Assembly (NCBI GenBank): GCA_043228905.1
Contig: JBHGNT010000002.1
Span: 18,724,001-18,788,000 of the forward strand
Direction of reading: 5' to 3'
DNA from: Azolla caroliniana
Lineage: Eukaryota; Plantae; Polypodiophyta
Length of the DNA: 64,000 bases
The position numbers and the translations under genes are program-made. How positions within the stretch are numbered: the stretch's first letter is position 1; every line of letters begins with the position of its first letter. Shown here piece by piece: positions 35,100 through 48,700 of this stretch. The notes under the pieces are model-generated. The model was given only the letters and a program-made list of their open reading frames with translations, was not told where the DNA came from and ran no database searches.

Positions 35100-37800
35100 G
35101 ATCGAAACTGATGTGCCGTCCAACAGATGTTGCCCGAGGACAAGGGTAAGATGCATCAATGCCAAAAGGAAAGGTAGAGAATGCAAGTAGAAGGAAAGTG
35201 TGGTGCGTGCAAAAATAAAAGCTAGGATCAACGCCAAAAGGAAAGGTAGAGCACCCAAGTAAAAGAAAAGTGTGGTGCATGCGAAAATAAAAATAAAAAA
35301 CACCCATTTTTTTCCTTTGGGAGAGACCCTCTCAAATCCTATAAAGGAAGAAAGGGATCATTGTTTAGGAAGGCACATTTTATGGTTGGTGGCATAGTAC
35401 ATTATATACTTGAATGCATTGGCAAACATTCTTTTCCATTCGAATGCAATCAAATGCGTATGTTATCAAAACATTCTTATGGTTTTTTTTAACACTTTTT
35501 ACCTTAAATTTTTTTTTACCTTATAATAAATCATGAATACAAAAGCATGGTATTTACCATACTTCGTGGGTGTTTACCATACTCAAATTATTGAAACATT
35601 CTTGAATTTTGGGGCTTGCTCTTCTTCACTTTATAGTTCTTATTCTTCTTCTTATCAAGATACTTGAGGTTTTGAGGGCTCTTTTGAGGCCTCTTCTTCG
35701 TGAGTATTTAGTGTTCTTCTTCGTCCTCATCATCAACATCGTCATCATCATCATCTTCTTCTTCTTCTTCTCAAGTGTGTGATTGTTTACCTCAACTCAT
35801 ACATTTGCATCGTCGTCTTTCTTTCGCATCGACTCCTTTGTTCGCATTGTCGAATATGTTTGTGTCACCTCCATCATTCACATTAAGCCCTTTGTTCGCA
35901 TCATCACCTATGTTCACATCGTTTCCTACGTTTGCATTGTCGCAACACAAGGAGAACAACTAAGTGCTTCAAAAGAATCTTCTCACTTGGCGAATGTCCT
36001 TCCCGGTGTAGTCCTTGAAGGTTCCGCTCAAGTAGCACATGTATGCGCATTGTTATGCGACACATTGGTGAACCCGACATGAAAGAGCAGCAAGGACAAC
36101 AGGGGAGGATGACAACAACAAATGAAGCTTTTATGACAATGATGTCAAGAATGATGAGATGAGTAATGGAAGAAAGAATAAAATGAGAAGTGGCTCAGTA
36201 TGCCGTTGAGAGCGTGGTGGAAAAAGTTGGCGTTTCAACGGGGACATAGTCTTAAGATTTTTGGAAGTCCACAATGATGAAATGAATCAGAGAGATGTGG
36301 ACAAGGTAGAGAGACTCAATTGTTTTTGTCGGGTGGTGGCAATGCCTATGTATGAGGAGGTCAAAAAGTTTCAAAAAGCTCATGACTCATGGGGATCCCT
36401 TGAGAAAGCATTACTCGAGAAGTATGACTACGAAGAGTCAAAGGGATGAGGCCGGTGTGAGTTTAACTAATGGGTGACATCATCGAAGACACACCAAAGT
36501 GTTAACGTTCCTAGAGTTCGAGCATTGTTTTACTCAACCCTCAGGGCAGGATAAAAGGCTGGTGGGGGTGGATAAGGTCCTAATGTTCATGAAGGTCCTA
36601 ATGTTCATGAAGTGTTAACATTCCTAGAGTTCGAGCATCATTTTACTCAACCCTCAGGGCAGGATAAAAGGTTGGTGGGGGTGGATAAGGTCCTCATTGA
36701 CAACAATAGAACCCACTACTAATGGTTGGAGGTTGAGACGGGTCATCCCATGACCACCTAAAGAAGAGACTAAGGTGGCACATACTTTGAGAATGAAGCA
36801 TTATACTCGGGAGAAGCAAACAACGCCACGACAATAGTTTGTGGACTTGCAAGGTGCAATCGAAAATTTTGGGTGATCGAATGGCAGCCTTGGTTCTGGT
36901 GGGAAGAATGGATGTGGTCAAGACGGAGAAATAAAGATGAGGCAAGTGAGGCACAAAAAATGACGAAATTGAAAGCTAACTACCTTCATTCCCGCCAATC
37001 ATTCTCTTTTTTTGGCATATACTGGAGGATGTGCAGGTTTAGTTAGGGTGAACATCATGATGTGGGAAATGCTGAGGAGGAATTAAGTTAAATGAGGAAT
37101 ATCAAACAGTTGAATAATAGATCGAGGGTATGATGAGAGAGATATATTGTGAGTTGTAGTTAAATACACCATAAGGCTTAGTTCAATTGGTAAAAGCATG
37201 TGCTATGAGTGAGAGGTCAAATGTTTGAGTCATACTAGAAACATAGGAGATCAAAGGAATAAATGAATGTGATGGTGGACCTTATGATTACCCTTTTGCT
37301 AGCATGAATGCCAAAAGGAAAGGTACAACATGCAAAGAAAAGAAAAGTGTAGAGCATACAATACTTGAGGTTTTGAGGGTTCTTCTTAGCCCTCATCTTC
37401 GTGAGTATTTAGGGGTCTTCTTTATCTTCATCATCGCAAAAAGGAAAGATAGAGCATGCAAGTAGAATAAATTTGTGGTGCATGCAAAAGAAAAAGCTAG
37501 CATAACTGCCAAAAGGAAAGGTTTAGCATGCAAGTAAAAGAAAAGTGCAGTGCATACACATTAAGCCCTTTGTTCGTGTCATCTCCTACATTGACATCAT
37601 TTCCTACATTTGCATTGTTGCAACACAAGGATAACAATGAAGCACTTCAAAAGCATCTTCTCACTTGGCGAACGCCCTTCCCGGTTCAAGTCCCCATGTG
37701 GTCTCGCTCAAGTAGCACACGTACGCGTGTTTGTTTGTACACGATAATGCTAGTTGCCACCGCTCCTGCTTGCTTATAATGTTGTCAAATACATTGGCTA
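35100..37800 (+). mobile_element. Degenerate LTR-type element with tRNA-Trp PBS and gag-like remnant
   Basis: 35660-36064 is repeated at 37360-37793. CA at 36064 is followed by TGGTGAACCCGACATGAA at 36066. Gag-like ORF at 36261-36449. Boundaries are uncertain. Confidence 0.55.
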
Positions 37801-38041
37801 ATGCTAGAAGAATATAATGTATATAGAGCAAATAAATAATAATGTAAAATGCACATAAAGAGAACCCCATAACTAGCTTGCCTTGGTTCTTACTCCTTGC
37901 TCAATTTATAGTTGATACATAGAGACGCATTTGGGTTGGTTTGGCTACATGTTGTTGATATTATGTAGAAGATGATGATTTAGGAACTATTAGTGGGTAT
38001 AGAAAACAACAAGAGTAGTGATCAAGATAAAGATGTGCATT

Positions 38042-38745
38042 GTGAGGAGACTCAAGAAGATGAAAATAGACAATTGCACAGAGAGACACAGAGAGAGAGA
38101 GAGAGAGAGGTATGCTCAAAGAAGATTATGTTTCCTTAACCTTCGAACTCATCTTTACAAGGTAAGTAACCCACTTATATAGTTAGTTTAACTGTGTGTT
38201 CACACTAGAGGTACAAGTTGGGAGGAGTGGGAATTTTATCCCAACAAACTCCCTCGTAAAAGCACTACTCTATCTGCATACAATGATATGGGGTTATCTC
38301 CCCAGTAAGCTTAAGTTACAACTTTAAATTAAACTATAGTGTATGTTGCAAGCTAATCGGTTGGTGGCCGATTTGGAAGAGATAAAGTCAACTTGTTTGG
38401 ATGTTTGCCGAGTCGGCTGATGTTCAAATCGAATAGTACTCGATTCAACCTTTTACCTCTAAGTTGTCGGCTCTTCGTGTGCGTTGTTTCCCATGCTTTC
38501 CGAAGGATTGTTGATTGGCTTTCAGTTTCTTTGCATTCAGCTAAATCTTCATCCTTCAGGCAATCAGGCTCCTTTGACTTCGCCTGTTTGACTTGTCTCG
38601 CCGTGTCGTTCATTGACTTACCTTCTGCTTTCCTTTCGGCTCTTCTTGGCTCGCTCGCTTGTTGTAGTCCCATATGTCCTCTTAGTGCGTTGAACCAAAT
38701 TGTGTTGTCTCTTCTTCGAGATAAAACCTTCGATTATTCTTAAGG
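38042..38745 (-). mobile_element. Copia 3' end (LTR ~38042-38246, PPT, 3' UTR, RNase H end)
   Basis: TG...CAACA followed by aactcccc; 38488-38700 is an inverted homologue of 41815-42030. Confidence 0.65.
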
Positions 38746-39931
38746 TAATTGGGTCAAGAGGTTGTGGTACGTAATGGTGGATAGGAATCCCCAAGATTGC
38801 ACGGATAGTTAATTACAGAAAAACCATTAGCCACAATCAGCCTAGTAAATTACACTAAAGAACTGTGATAGCTAGTTCAAATGACAGATAGATTACACGA
38901 ACAAGAGTTACACAGCTCACAGCCGGAGTTCTATTCTCATATACTCAAGAAAATAGTAAATCTCGCTAGACAAAGGTATATCTTCTTTGCACTCTCCTTC
39001 TTGTTATATAGCTTCCCTTCCTGTTTGGCGCGCTTCAGTTACTCATTTCTTCTCGGCCTTCATTCTCGACTGCTTGTATTTCGTTACCTTCCTCCTTCCC
39101 GGTTGTCATTTTCCACCTACTTTTCCTACCCGTATCCTTAGATTTATTTCACATTGTATCACTTTTGTCCCACGGATAACAAGTTGAACCAACAAAATCA
39201 GCACCTAGGAGATCAAATGAGTCCGAAGGACGATAGAGTTTTACCAATTGGGCCTCGGCTATGTCAATTACACGGACGTAGGCGAACCGGGCTCCTACAA
39301 GGAAGCTATAGATGTGTCAGATATCGATACATGGCTACAAGCAATTAAATATGAGATGGACTCAATCAAGGACAACAAAACATGGGAGTTGGTCGAACTA
39401 CCAACAGGAAGGAAGCCACTACCGTGCAAATGGGTCTTCAGATACAAATATGTATCCGATTAGGAGAAGGCCAAATATAAAGCTCAACTCGTCGCAAAAG
39501 GTTTCAAACAAAAACATGGGGTCGACTATGATGCGGTCTTCTCGCCTGTAGTCAAAATGACCACCCTTAGGCTCCTTCTAGGGGTCGTGGCGACAGAAGA
39601 CCTAGAGCTTGAACAACTCGATGTCAAGACGACATTCCTACAAGAAGACTTGGAAGAAGACATTGATATGTCTCAACCAGCAAGCTTCATGGTGGCAGGG
39701 GAGGAAGGTCACCTCGTCTGCAAACAGAAGAAAAGCCTATATGGCCTATAGCAAGCCCCGCAAATGTGGTATTAGAAATTTGATACCTACATCCGGCAGC
39801 TCAACTACAACCGGTCGGACTTCGACCCATGCATGTACACTCAGCAATTGGCCGATGAATCCACGATCTACTTGATCATATATGTCGACTAAATGTTGAT
39901 TGTATAGAGCAATGAAGCCGAAATAAAAAAA

Positions 39932-40321
39932 TGTTGAGAGACAAGCTCAACATCGGCTGGATCGGCTGAAGAAGCCGAGGACCGGATCGGTTGGGACCGA
40001 TCGGTTAGGTCGAGTGCGTAAACCGGGAGGCCGTTAGGAAAGATATTCCGTGAGGAATTTATTTGGGAGTTAGTGTAGGAGCTCTTAATGAGCATTGAAG
40101 TACTGTCAGTACTTCGGTCAGTCCTTCTAGGACTTGTATTAAAGTGTTCACTGAAGCACGTCTTATGTACAGATTGAGTATTATTGTTGAATATAGTTTT
40201 CGTGTTTTCTCTCTCTCTGTCTCTCCTGCGTATACTGTGTAAGCTCAAGCTCTCCATTAAACCTGAGTTTCCTCCCTTCTGTTCGGTCTTCATACTTGCT
40301 TCCGCACGCTACCTTTTTACA
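39932..40321 (+). mobile_element. Copia solo LTR with 5-bp TSD AAAAA
   Basis: TGTTGAGAGACAAGC...TTTTACA, related to the LTRs at 14928 and 62844. Removing it restores the RT frame EIKKLNQSLHEKFAMKEL. Confidence 0.9.
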
Positions 40322-40879
40322 AAAAACTAAACCAAAGCCTCCACGAGAAATTTGCGATGAAGGAACTTGTACAAGCCCGACATATATTGGGCATGCGGAT
40401 AGAGCGAAATCAGATGACAAAGACCCTCTGGCTCTCCCAGTCTGACTACATCCAAAAGGTGCTGAGACACTTCAATATGGAGAATTCGAAGCCAACACCA
40501 GCACCGCTTCCGATGTCGCTTCGACTATCGGACAGAGACTCTCCATCCACGGAAGAGGAGAGAAAGCTCATGAGCAAAATACCCCATGCATCAGCCGTAG
40601 GAAGTCTCATGTACGCAATGGTGGCGACTCGATGAGACCTTGCATATGTCGTAGGGGTTGTCAGCTGGTACATGTCAAAACATGGACGGAAGCACTGGGA
40701 GGTTGTAAAGAATATATTTCGGTACCTACGAGGCACCGAAGATCTACAGTTGACATTCAGATCAGACAATACGACCGCGATCACCATACCACCATCGTGG
40801 CATCGAGTCGTACTTGGTATTGGCATGCTCGCTTGAAGAGTTGATCACCACGAGGACAGAGTCTCAACGTAGTCGATAA

Positions 40880-41630
40880 TGTGTCAAATGAGGGTAGCGA
40901 GGCCTCATATTTATAGCCAGAGCTAAGGCCCCCAAGCAAATTCACACTTCGCCTTAATGGGTTGTCTCAATCCCAAGGATTAAAAGTAATCCTTCCTTCT
41001 TTATGGTAGGATTTCAGTCCCTTCGGATGGGATGATGAAGGCCCGGTGAGAACCGGATGATGAGTACCCAGCAAGGAAGACCCGGTGAGAACAGGATGAC
41101 GCAGGCCCGGTGAGAACCTCTCATCGAATGAAGGGACATATATGTAAATATGTCTCTATTAGCCCATTGTGGCTAGATTTGTAAATAGCCCGAAAGTCAC
41201 ATTAGTATAAATATGACCTAAGGCAAACAAAGTGTATTATTGTGTTGTCATTATTTTGTATAGTGTTATTGGTGTAATTGTTGTACAGAGCATAATAGAG
41301 AGAGAGAGAGAGAGACCTTGAGCGAGTCTCTGTTGTAACTGCCGCCAAGCAAAGATTGTGAGCAGGAGATTGTTGCCTCCGTGTTTACCTGTTGTATTCC
41401 TGTCGACATAGTGATAGTTGGAGTTTGTGGACTCCCGTGGTTTTTCCCATTTAGGGTTTTCCATGTAAACATATTGTGTACCCCCTCTCATATTGTCTGT
41501 GTGTAAGTGTATTCACCTCTATTCCCATTCTCGGTGTTCGATTCATAAACGACATGATCTGAGACTCGGTTGTGGCCAAGTAATATTCCGCATTTTTCGC
41601 GTCACTTTACACTCTTGTGTAACCCTCACA
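40880..41630 (+). mobile_element. LTR-like insertion related to the LTR at 857-1225
   Basis: Shares cccggtgagaacc repeats, tatgtaaatatgtct, tgtaaatagccc and agggttttcca with the reverse complement of 857-1225. No TSD found. Confidence 0.6.
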
Positions 41631-43389
41631 CTTTATCCCTGTGTATAGAATGCTACGGTACAATCTTACCACGGGATATTATATGGTCATGCCCATAACA
41701 ATGTTAAGGTGGGGTACCATCACATTCGGAAGCTCGTCATTGACAAGAAACTCAAAGTCCGAAAGGTGGATACCGAGGTGAACATCGTCAACAGCCTGAC
41801 AAAGCCACTCCTAGATCAACGCTTCAACGCACTAAGAGGACATATGGGACTACAATAAGCGAGCGAGCCAAAAAGAGCCGAAAGGAAAGCAAAAGGTAAG
41901 TCAATGAACAACACGGCTAGAAAAGTCAAACAGGCGAAGTCAAAGGAGCCTGATTGCATGAAGGATGAAGATGTAGTTGAATGCAAAGAAACTAAAAGCC
42001 AATTAACAATCCTTCGGAAAGCATGGGAAATGTTGGCCGGCACAACCAAAGGGCCGGTTAGAGTCTAGAATGTGAAAGGGGTATTTAATTAGGGGTAAGG
42101 AGTTGTAATTAATAAGTATTATGTTATTTTGGGAAGCAAGCGGACGAACCCAGAATTGGTATGCCCATTCGGATCCGGACGGGATCGTTGGCGGTCGGCG
42201 GTTGGCATCGGTTTATAACTCAGCCGGAGACCTATAAAAGGACCTGGCAAGAATGTAATCAGGGACGGATAATTAATAGAAGCTCTGTTGTTTTACATAT
42301 TGTTTAGTGTCTATTTGGTTACTGTTCGGTGCTTAATATAATTAATCTTACGCGTGTGTTACGATCATTAACAGTGTCGGTTAAGACCCATTCGATACCA
42401 TGATCTATCCATATTTCACCGTACCACCCTTTGGTGAAGTGTTCCATAGGGAAACTGTTATGTACACATAACGTTGGTGAGGGTAGGTCACCAATATTTA
42501 CATTAGTGAAGGGTATGTTCACTAATGTTAAAAATGGGACTAATGATTGGATAGAAGGAATGATAAGTGCATGCACTATCATGATTTGGACAACCAATGA
42601 ATGGAGCGCCTTTTAGAAAGGCACATCTATTCAAGGGGCCTAGGAAAAGGTATAAATATGAGGCTTAGCTACCCTCATAAGGACATTACGTCGGAAGGCT
42701 ACTGTCTTAGACATCCGTGTTGTGGGCTAGGCTTTCGTCTCGACGATTGTGTTTATCTCTTCCAAGGTATTAGTCATCCTAATAGCTAGCAGTATGGGAC
42801 GTCGGTGGTAGGTTGGCTATGTCTAGATCATAGCTCGGGGGTGGTTGGGTGGAATGGGTTCTTCTATCCATTCTATTTTCCTTCTTTTACTTTACTTTGG
42901 TCTATTGATTAGTAATAGACTCTTAACAGTGGTATCAAAGCATTTACTAACAATTTTTTTGTTGTTTTGATGTTTTTTGCGTGTGAGCGATGGGGATCTA
43001 ACAAGGCTTGTCATGCTCTTCACAGGATCAAAGCAACATTCTTAACCTGGTATTCGTCTTTCTCGATCTCTCTTTTCTTTTCTATGATGCTTTCTTCTTG
43101 GTCATATGGTAGTGGTATTATGTTTTCTTTTCTTTTCTTTCTTCTTTCTACCATCATACGATGTTAATCTACTTATGCATCTGGTCGAGCATGTTTGCAC
43201 TAATCGCACACGCTCAACTCATGGCCCTTTTGCATATTGCAATGTATCTCCAACTCTCCCCTCTCTTGAGCCATCTCTTACGATAATAATTATTCTTGTG
43301 CATCGGGTCGAGCGTGTTTGCCCTAATCGCAAACGCTCACCTCATGGCCCTTTTGCATATGATGTTGAGTATGCCACTCTTCCCTTTAT

Positions 43390-43620
43390 TGAGCCATCAC
43401 TTGGCTGATTCTATGGGATGTTGTGGTCTTGATGAGGTGTATGTCGCCTACCTATGCCACTCTACTCTCTATTGAGCCATCACTTGGCCGATTCTATGGG
43501 ATGTTGTGGCCTTAACGAGGTACATGTCGCTTACCTATGCCACTTTACTCTTTATTGAGCCATCAATTGGCCGATTCTAGGGAGATGTGGTGGTCTTTGA
43601 GGAGGTGCATGTCGACTACC
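43390..43620. repeat. ~80-bp tandem repeat x3 in the Gypsy leader
   Basis: attgagccatcacttggc...atgtcg is repeated. Confidence 0.8.
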
Positions 43621-45728
43621 TTAGGGGTTCATGCCTTAAGGCATGCTTAATGATTCATACACCTAATTGATTATTATTCTAATTCATTTCTAATTACATA
43701 AATTTTCGTTTCACTTTTGTATGATTTTCTAGTAATCGTCATTTACCCACCCACAATTAACTCTCTTTCTTGCCCTTATTTTAAGTTCATCTACACTATT
43801 TACATACGTTTAATGGTGTAACGATTCATGTAGACTATTTTTTAATATTGAGTGGGCATCATGCCATTTTTTGAACGATTTTTTCGAATGGCTCATCCAA
43901 GTTTAAGTCATATTATCGAGCCTTAGAACTCGAGTAAAACCACATGAGTTCCCCTATTGATGTTTTACTCATAGATTTGAGTTTTACATCTTTGCGCACA
44001 ACACCACCGCCACTTGTATCAATTTGTTGCTTATGTCACAATTGTGCAAATTACAACCACCATATTGGGATGTATATGTGCATACCTCGCACCATCCATT
44101 TATTTGTGACATTTTTTTTTAGTAGGTAACACATGGGTTTTTTTACCCTTGTTTTCGTCACTGCTTGATTCTTATAGGTAATGCCTTATTTTATCATTTT
44201 TGTCCTAACGTTTGCTTGTTACTCACAAGACTAGAATATTACTTGCGAGTGCACTTGTTTTTTCACGTAATACACTTTCTCGACCATATCAATACATGTT
44301 GGGTTGGCATTCTAATATAAAGCTAACTAGGAAACTACGTTGATGTTAGAACCATGGTTGAGCCTCGGGAAGCCGCCATGATTATTCAAGATAGAGATCC
44401 GAGAAAGACATCTTAGCTATGTTTTCCCCCATAATTTTTAAAACACCATAGTGTTACCATAGTTATCAGATCTCGAATCACATCTCATATGTCTAGAGGG
44501 GTAAAGACGTGAGATGCTTTCTTTGTAAAGTTCTTACAATCAAAATTTCAAGCATTCATTTTGCTTGTGTATTTTCTGAACCTCCTTATTTATATTGCAT
44601 ACCCACAACTTGCATCATGGAACAAGTTTTGAACGCTGTTGGAGCAATCTCTCTGACCGAGACCTCTCAACTCCAATCCGCATCTCGCACACAAGTTGAG
44701 ATCACTATTGAGCAATTGCTCACTACTACCTTGAGTCAATGGGCCGAAATGAGGTAGGCCAATATGGCATTGGAAAAGAAATTCCAAGAATTGACTATTG
44801 AGTCCAAGAAAGAAGGTGAGCCTTCTTTCGTAGTAACGCCATTAAAGGGAGATAAGAAAGAAAGAACCGAGGAGGCCATTAGCACTTGGCTTGGTTGTTG
44901 GGAGTCTCACTTTGAGCTCCATCCCAAGCCCGATGCTGTAAAAATTGGTTACGTCGGTCGTGAGTTAGGTGACCGAGCTGCTACTTGGTGGCGCGGCCTA
45001 AGGACCGCAAAGAACTTACCCACAACTTGGGAAGGTTTCGTTGATGTTTTTAAGAAACAGTTTTTGCAACCACCTTCTCAAACTAAACAAGCGCAACACT
45101 TGCTCACGTTGTCGAGTAAGCCATTTACCTCTCTCGAGGATTATGTGCATCATGCTCAGACCCAGATCCAAAAATCGGGACTTACGGGTGAGAAATGGTT
45201 TGTTGCTTACTTTTTGAATGGTATTCCCAATGGGGATTACCATTGGATTGTCCATGACAAGGACCCCACAACTTTCGAGGAAGCCATCAACATTGTCTTC
45301 GGTACCATAGGACTTCCAAGAAAGACCACAATAAACCTGAGTTCGCCAAAACTCCGAATGTCAAGTTCATTGGGAAACGTAAGCAATCCAATGACACTCT
45401 TGACCGTGACTCTAAGAAACCTAACCTCTTTTGTGCATATGGCAAGAAGCGGGGCCACACAAAAGATACCTGTCGTCGTCTTGAGAGTAATTCAATGAAC
45501 ACCCCTCAAGACAAATCTACGAGTCACACAGGTGAGTCTTTTGATGTTGTTGAAGTTCATACCAACCACTTAAATTCATGTGAATGCACTTTTCCTTCAC
45601 ATTTACTTGGACCTAATGATTTACTCCGAGCAGTTGGGTATATCAATGGAACACAAGCACATTTCTTGTTTGATTCCGGTAGTTCTCACAATTTTCTTAA
45701 TGATCACTTTCTTAATGATCATTTTCTT

Positions 45729-48700
45729 AAGGATTGACTGTAGACCGTGTTCCTAGTCGGTAACACTTTTGGCACGCCCGGTGGGACAGTGCATTGCACG
45801 GTGAACCCACTCGCCATGGAAACTTTTCTCGACCGGAACTCCATCAGTCGTCTCAATGGTTGGAAATCTCTCGACCGGATCAGTGCTCTACGATCGATAA
45901 CTTCGATCGGAGATTTGCTTGACTCGAACCTTCTTGTTCGGTCAGCACAAGTCGTGATTGGATCATACACCAATCATCTAATTCAACGTGACTTGGGTCG
46001 TGAAATCGTGTTGTGTGTTTGTGTATTCTTTCTTTCATCATGTGAGTTGTGTTTTCGAAATTTCATGATTTGTACCCCTTGGTTTTAGAAATTTTCGTTT
46101 TTACCCTCAAATTTTTGAGATTTTAATGGATACCCTTGAGCTTGTGAAATTCTCCTCTTTGCCCCTCTTCTCTTTCTTATTTCTTTTCTTCTTCGTACAC
46201 TACTTCTTCGTCTTTTCGTTGGCTGTCTTCGCGGTCGGCACTCGGCCCTTCTCTCGATCGCGCATTTAGGCCGTACTCTTGAGTGCGCGTCTCAACCATA
46301 GTCTCGACCGCGCATCACGATCGTCTTCTTAGCCATGCGTCTTGGCTATACTCTCGGCCATGCATTTCAACCGTCTTCTCGGCCGCTTGTGTTGGCCGTA
46401 TTCTCAACCTCTCTCTCGATTGCGCCTCTCGGCCGCACCTCTTGGCCGTGTGGCTGTCCGCTTGGGATGAGCTTTACTATGGCCGCCCACTTGCTGCCCA
46501 TCTTTCGTCTAGATTTGCACTTGATGTGAGGCCTTAGATGGCCTAGGTTATTTGCATCGAATTGATATCATAGAGCGACAAGTGTAGAGAGTTTGCTAAA
46601 GGAATTTATTTTGTGGTGACATCAATGATTTCCCTCATGTATACCCTTTCGTTTTCTAAAATTTTGTCGAATGACCTTCCATTTCTTCCCATTCTGATGA
46701 TGCCCTCAAGATTCCCTCTCTGCTTTCTATTTGCATCTTGCTTTGTCTTTCCCTCTTCTTCTTTCTTTCTTCTTGCTTTCTGTCTGCATCTTTTTCTTCT
46801 TGTTTTTCATTTTCTCTTTCTTCTCTGCTTATTACTCAGCTTCTTCCTCATCCATTTCTCCTTCTTTTCGTTTTCTTCTTCTTCTTCTTCTTCTTTTCCT
46901 ATCTTCTTTGCTTCTGTCTTCTCTTGGTGACCTTCTCTGCCTTTAGGGATGGCGGCGCTGTCGCCAGAGAATGATGAACCTCCACTATCGCAGTATCAAC
47001 GCGATCGCCTCTCTTCATCCCGCACACGCCATCACTCAGATCTTTCATATTGCCTTGTATTGTTGTTGTTGTTGTTGTTGTTGAGACTATTGCCACTGCA
47101 GTGTGTCTTGTGATAGTGGGTGAGGATTCCAGATACCCGCCATAGCCACATCTGTACGACTGTTGGTTCTGTATAAGGTGTATGGGCACGATAGATGCGC
47201 ATTGTTTCTTCTGCTACATCAACTGCTTCTGTACGAGCTTTTGAAGGTCGGCCGAAACGGCTGGATCACCCACATTGAAGATGGCTTGGAGGGAGTGGAG
47301 CGCTAAGGAGTCAGATGGCATCTGTTCTATCTGATGATGCATCCGTGTTTGCTCAACAGAAACAATGTGGTTCTGATCTCTCTTTGGAACCACACTGTTT
47401 TTGTTTGGGTGCATTGTGGGTGTGGTGGTCTGAGTTTCCTCGGAGGCTTGGCCGACAGTAGAGAAAATCAAAGTGTAGTTGATCTGTAAAGAAGAAGTAT
47501 GACAGATCACAACACACAAGAGATAGGGGGAAGAGCAACAAGATACTCCTCATCTTACTAAATCTCTAGATCTCAACGCACACCACGAACCTTTAATTAA
47601 AATAGATCAGCATACAGAGAATCTAAGCCCAAAACCACAACACATACATTAACATACACATAGAGACGGAGGAACGCCGGTATATCCTGAATGGGGATGG
47701 AACTACCCCCATTAAACATGGCCCTAGTCGAACTTCATAGGGAACTAGAAAAGGTCAACATGGGCGCCAAGGAGATGGCCATTAAAAATAAGAATGTCTG
47801 GAAGAAGGTTAAACTGACCCAAGCCGAACTGCAAAAAGCCAACGAACACATTGCGGAGTTGGAAAATAACGCGACTACAACGCAATGGGCAGCTCCACCA
47901 CCAAAGAACGTCATCGAAGCCTTGAAGGAAGAGATTGAGGCTTAGGCCGCCATTGCCTCAAAAGCAAAACAGGCCGTACAACTAGCGGAATTAGAAATTG
48001 ACCGCCTTTGCGCTGAACTTCGCCAGTCCTCAGATAGGGAAAAGGACATTCGGGCCAACGACCGAAAAGCAGTAAAAACCCTTGAAGAGAAACTCTCTGC
48101 GGAGACAACACAACACACCTGGACAAAAGAAGAAAACACCCAGTTATGGGAGGAAGCGAAAAAATTGGAGGCGGCAATCGCGGGACTCCGAGCCTTATTG
48201 GAGAAAAAGAAGGCATGGTTTGACGAGCAGCTGGTGGGTGAACAAGAAAGAAGGCATCAGCTCGAAATCCGCCTGAACAATGAAATGGGAAAACTAGAAG
48301 AACTACATGCGAAGGAATCCCAGCTGTAGGCGGGTATGAAGAGCACGACAGTTAGTCAGCAAGAAATTGCAAACCTCAAGAAGTCTGTGGAAGAAGCACA
48401 CAACCGTTGCTAGGCCATCACAGACAACGTGCGTATCCTTCTACAAACAAATAAGGAGAGGTTTATGACGCAATTGAAAACGGCGCTAGACAAAGGATGG
48501 ATGGCGTGGGCAACACAAGCGGTGGAATTGCACGCGTATCGAGCGGACTGGGAGAACCAGAGAAAAGACGGCCGAGGCTTCTATAAACTCAGTGAGGAAA
48601 GCATTGTGGCAGTACGCGAGGACCTAGCGTAGGACTATCATACACTAGCGGACCAATATTTTGAAGAACTTGGGTAGCTATTAGATGATTTTGGTGAAAG

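Larger units (their letters stand above)
39190..42030 (+). mobile_element. Fragmented Copia RT/RNase H region with nested insertions
   Basis: WELVELPTGRKPLPCKWV, QLDVKTTFL, SLYGL, MKELVQARHILGM and SAVGSLMYAM motifs. Confidence 0.85.

Noticed and set aside
37170-37240. tRNA gene
   Set aside because: Only an A-box-like motif and a degenerate B-box are present; at most a decayed SINE head.
38488-42030. Terminal inverted repeats of a DNA transposon
   Set aside because: Both arms are the RNase H end and 3' UTR of same-family Copia copies in opposite orientation.
45733-45741. ATTGACT as host RT 'IDY' joining to 49757, implying a clean insertion
   Set aside because: aaggattgactgtagacc aligns with the 3' LTR aaggactgaccatagacc, so it is an LTR remnant left by a deletion.
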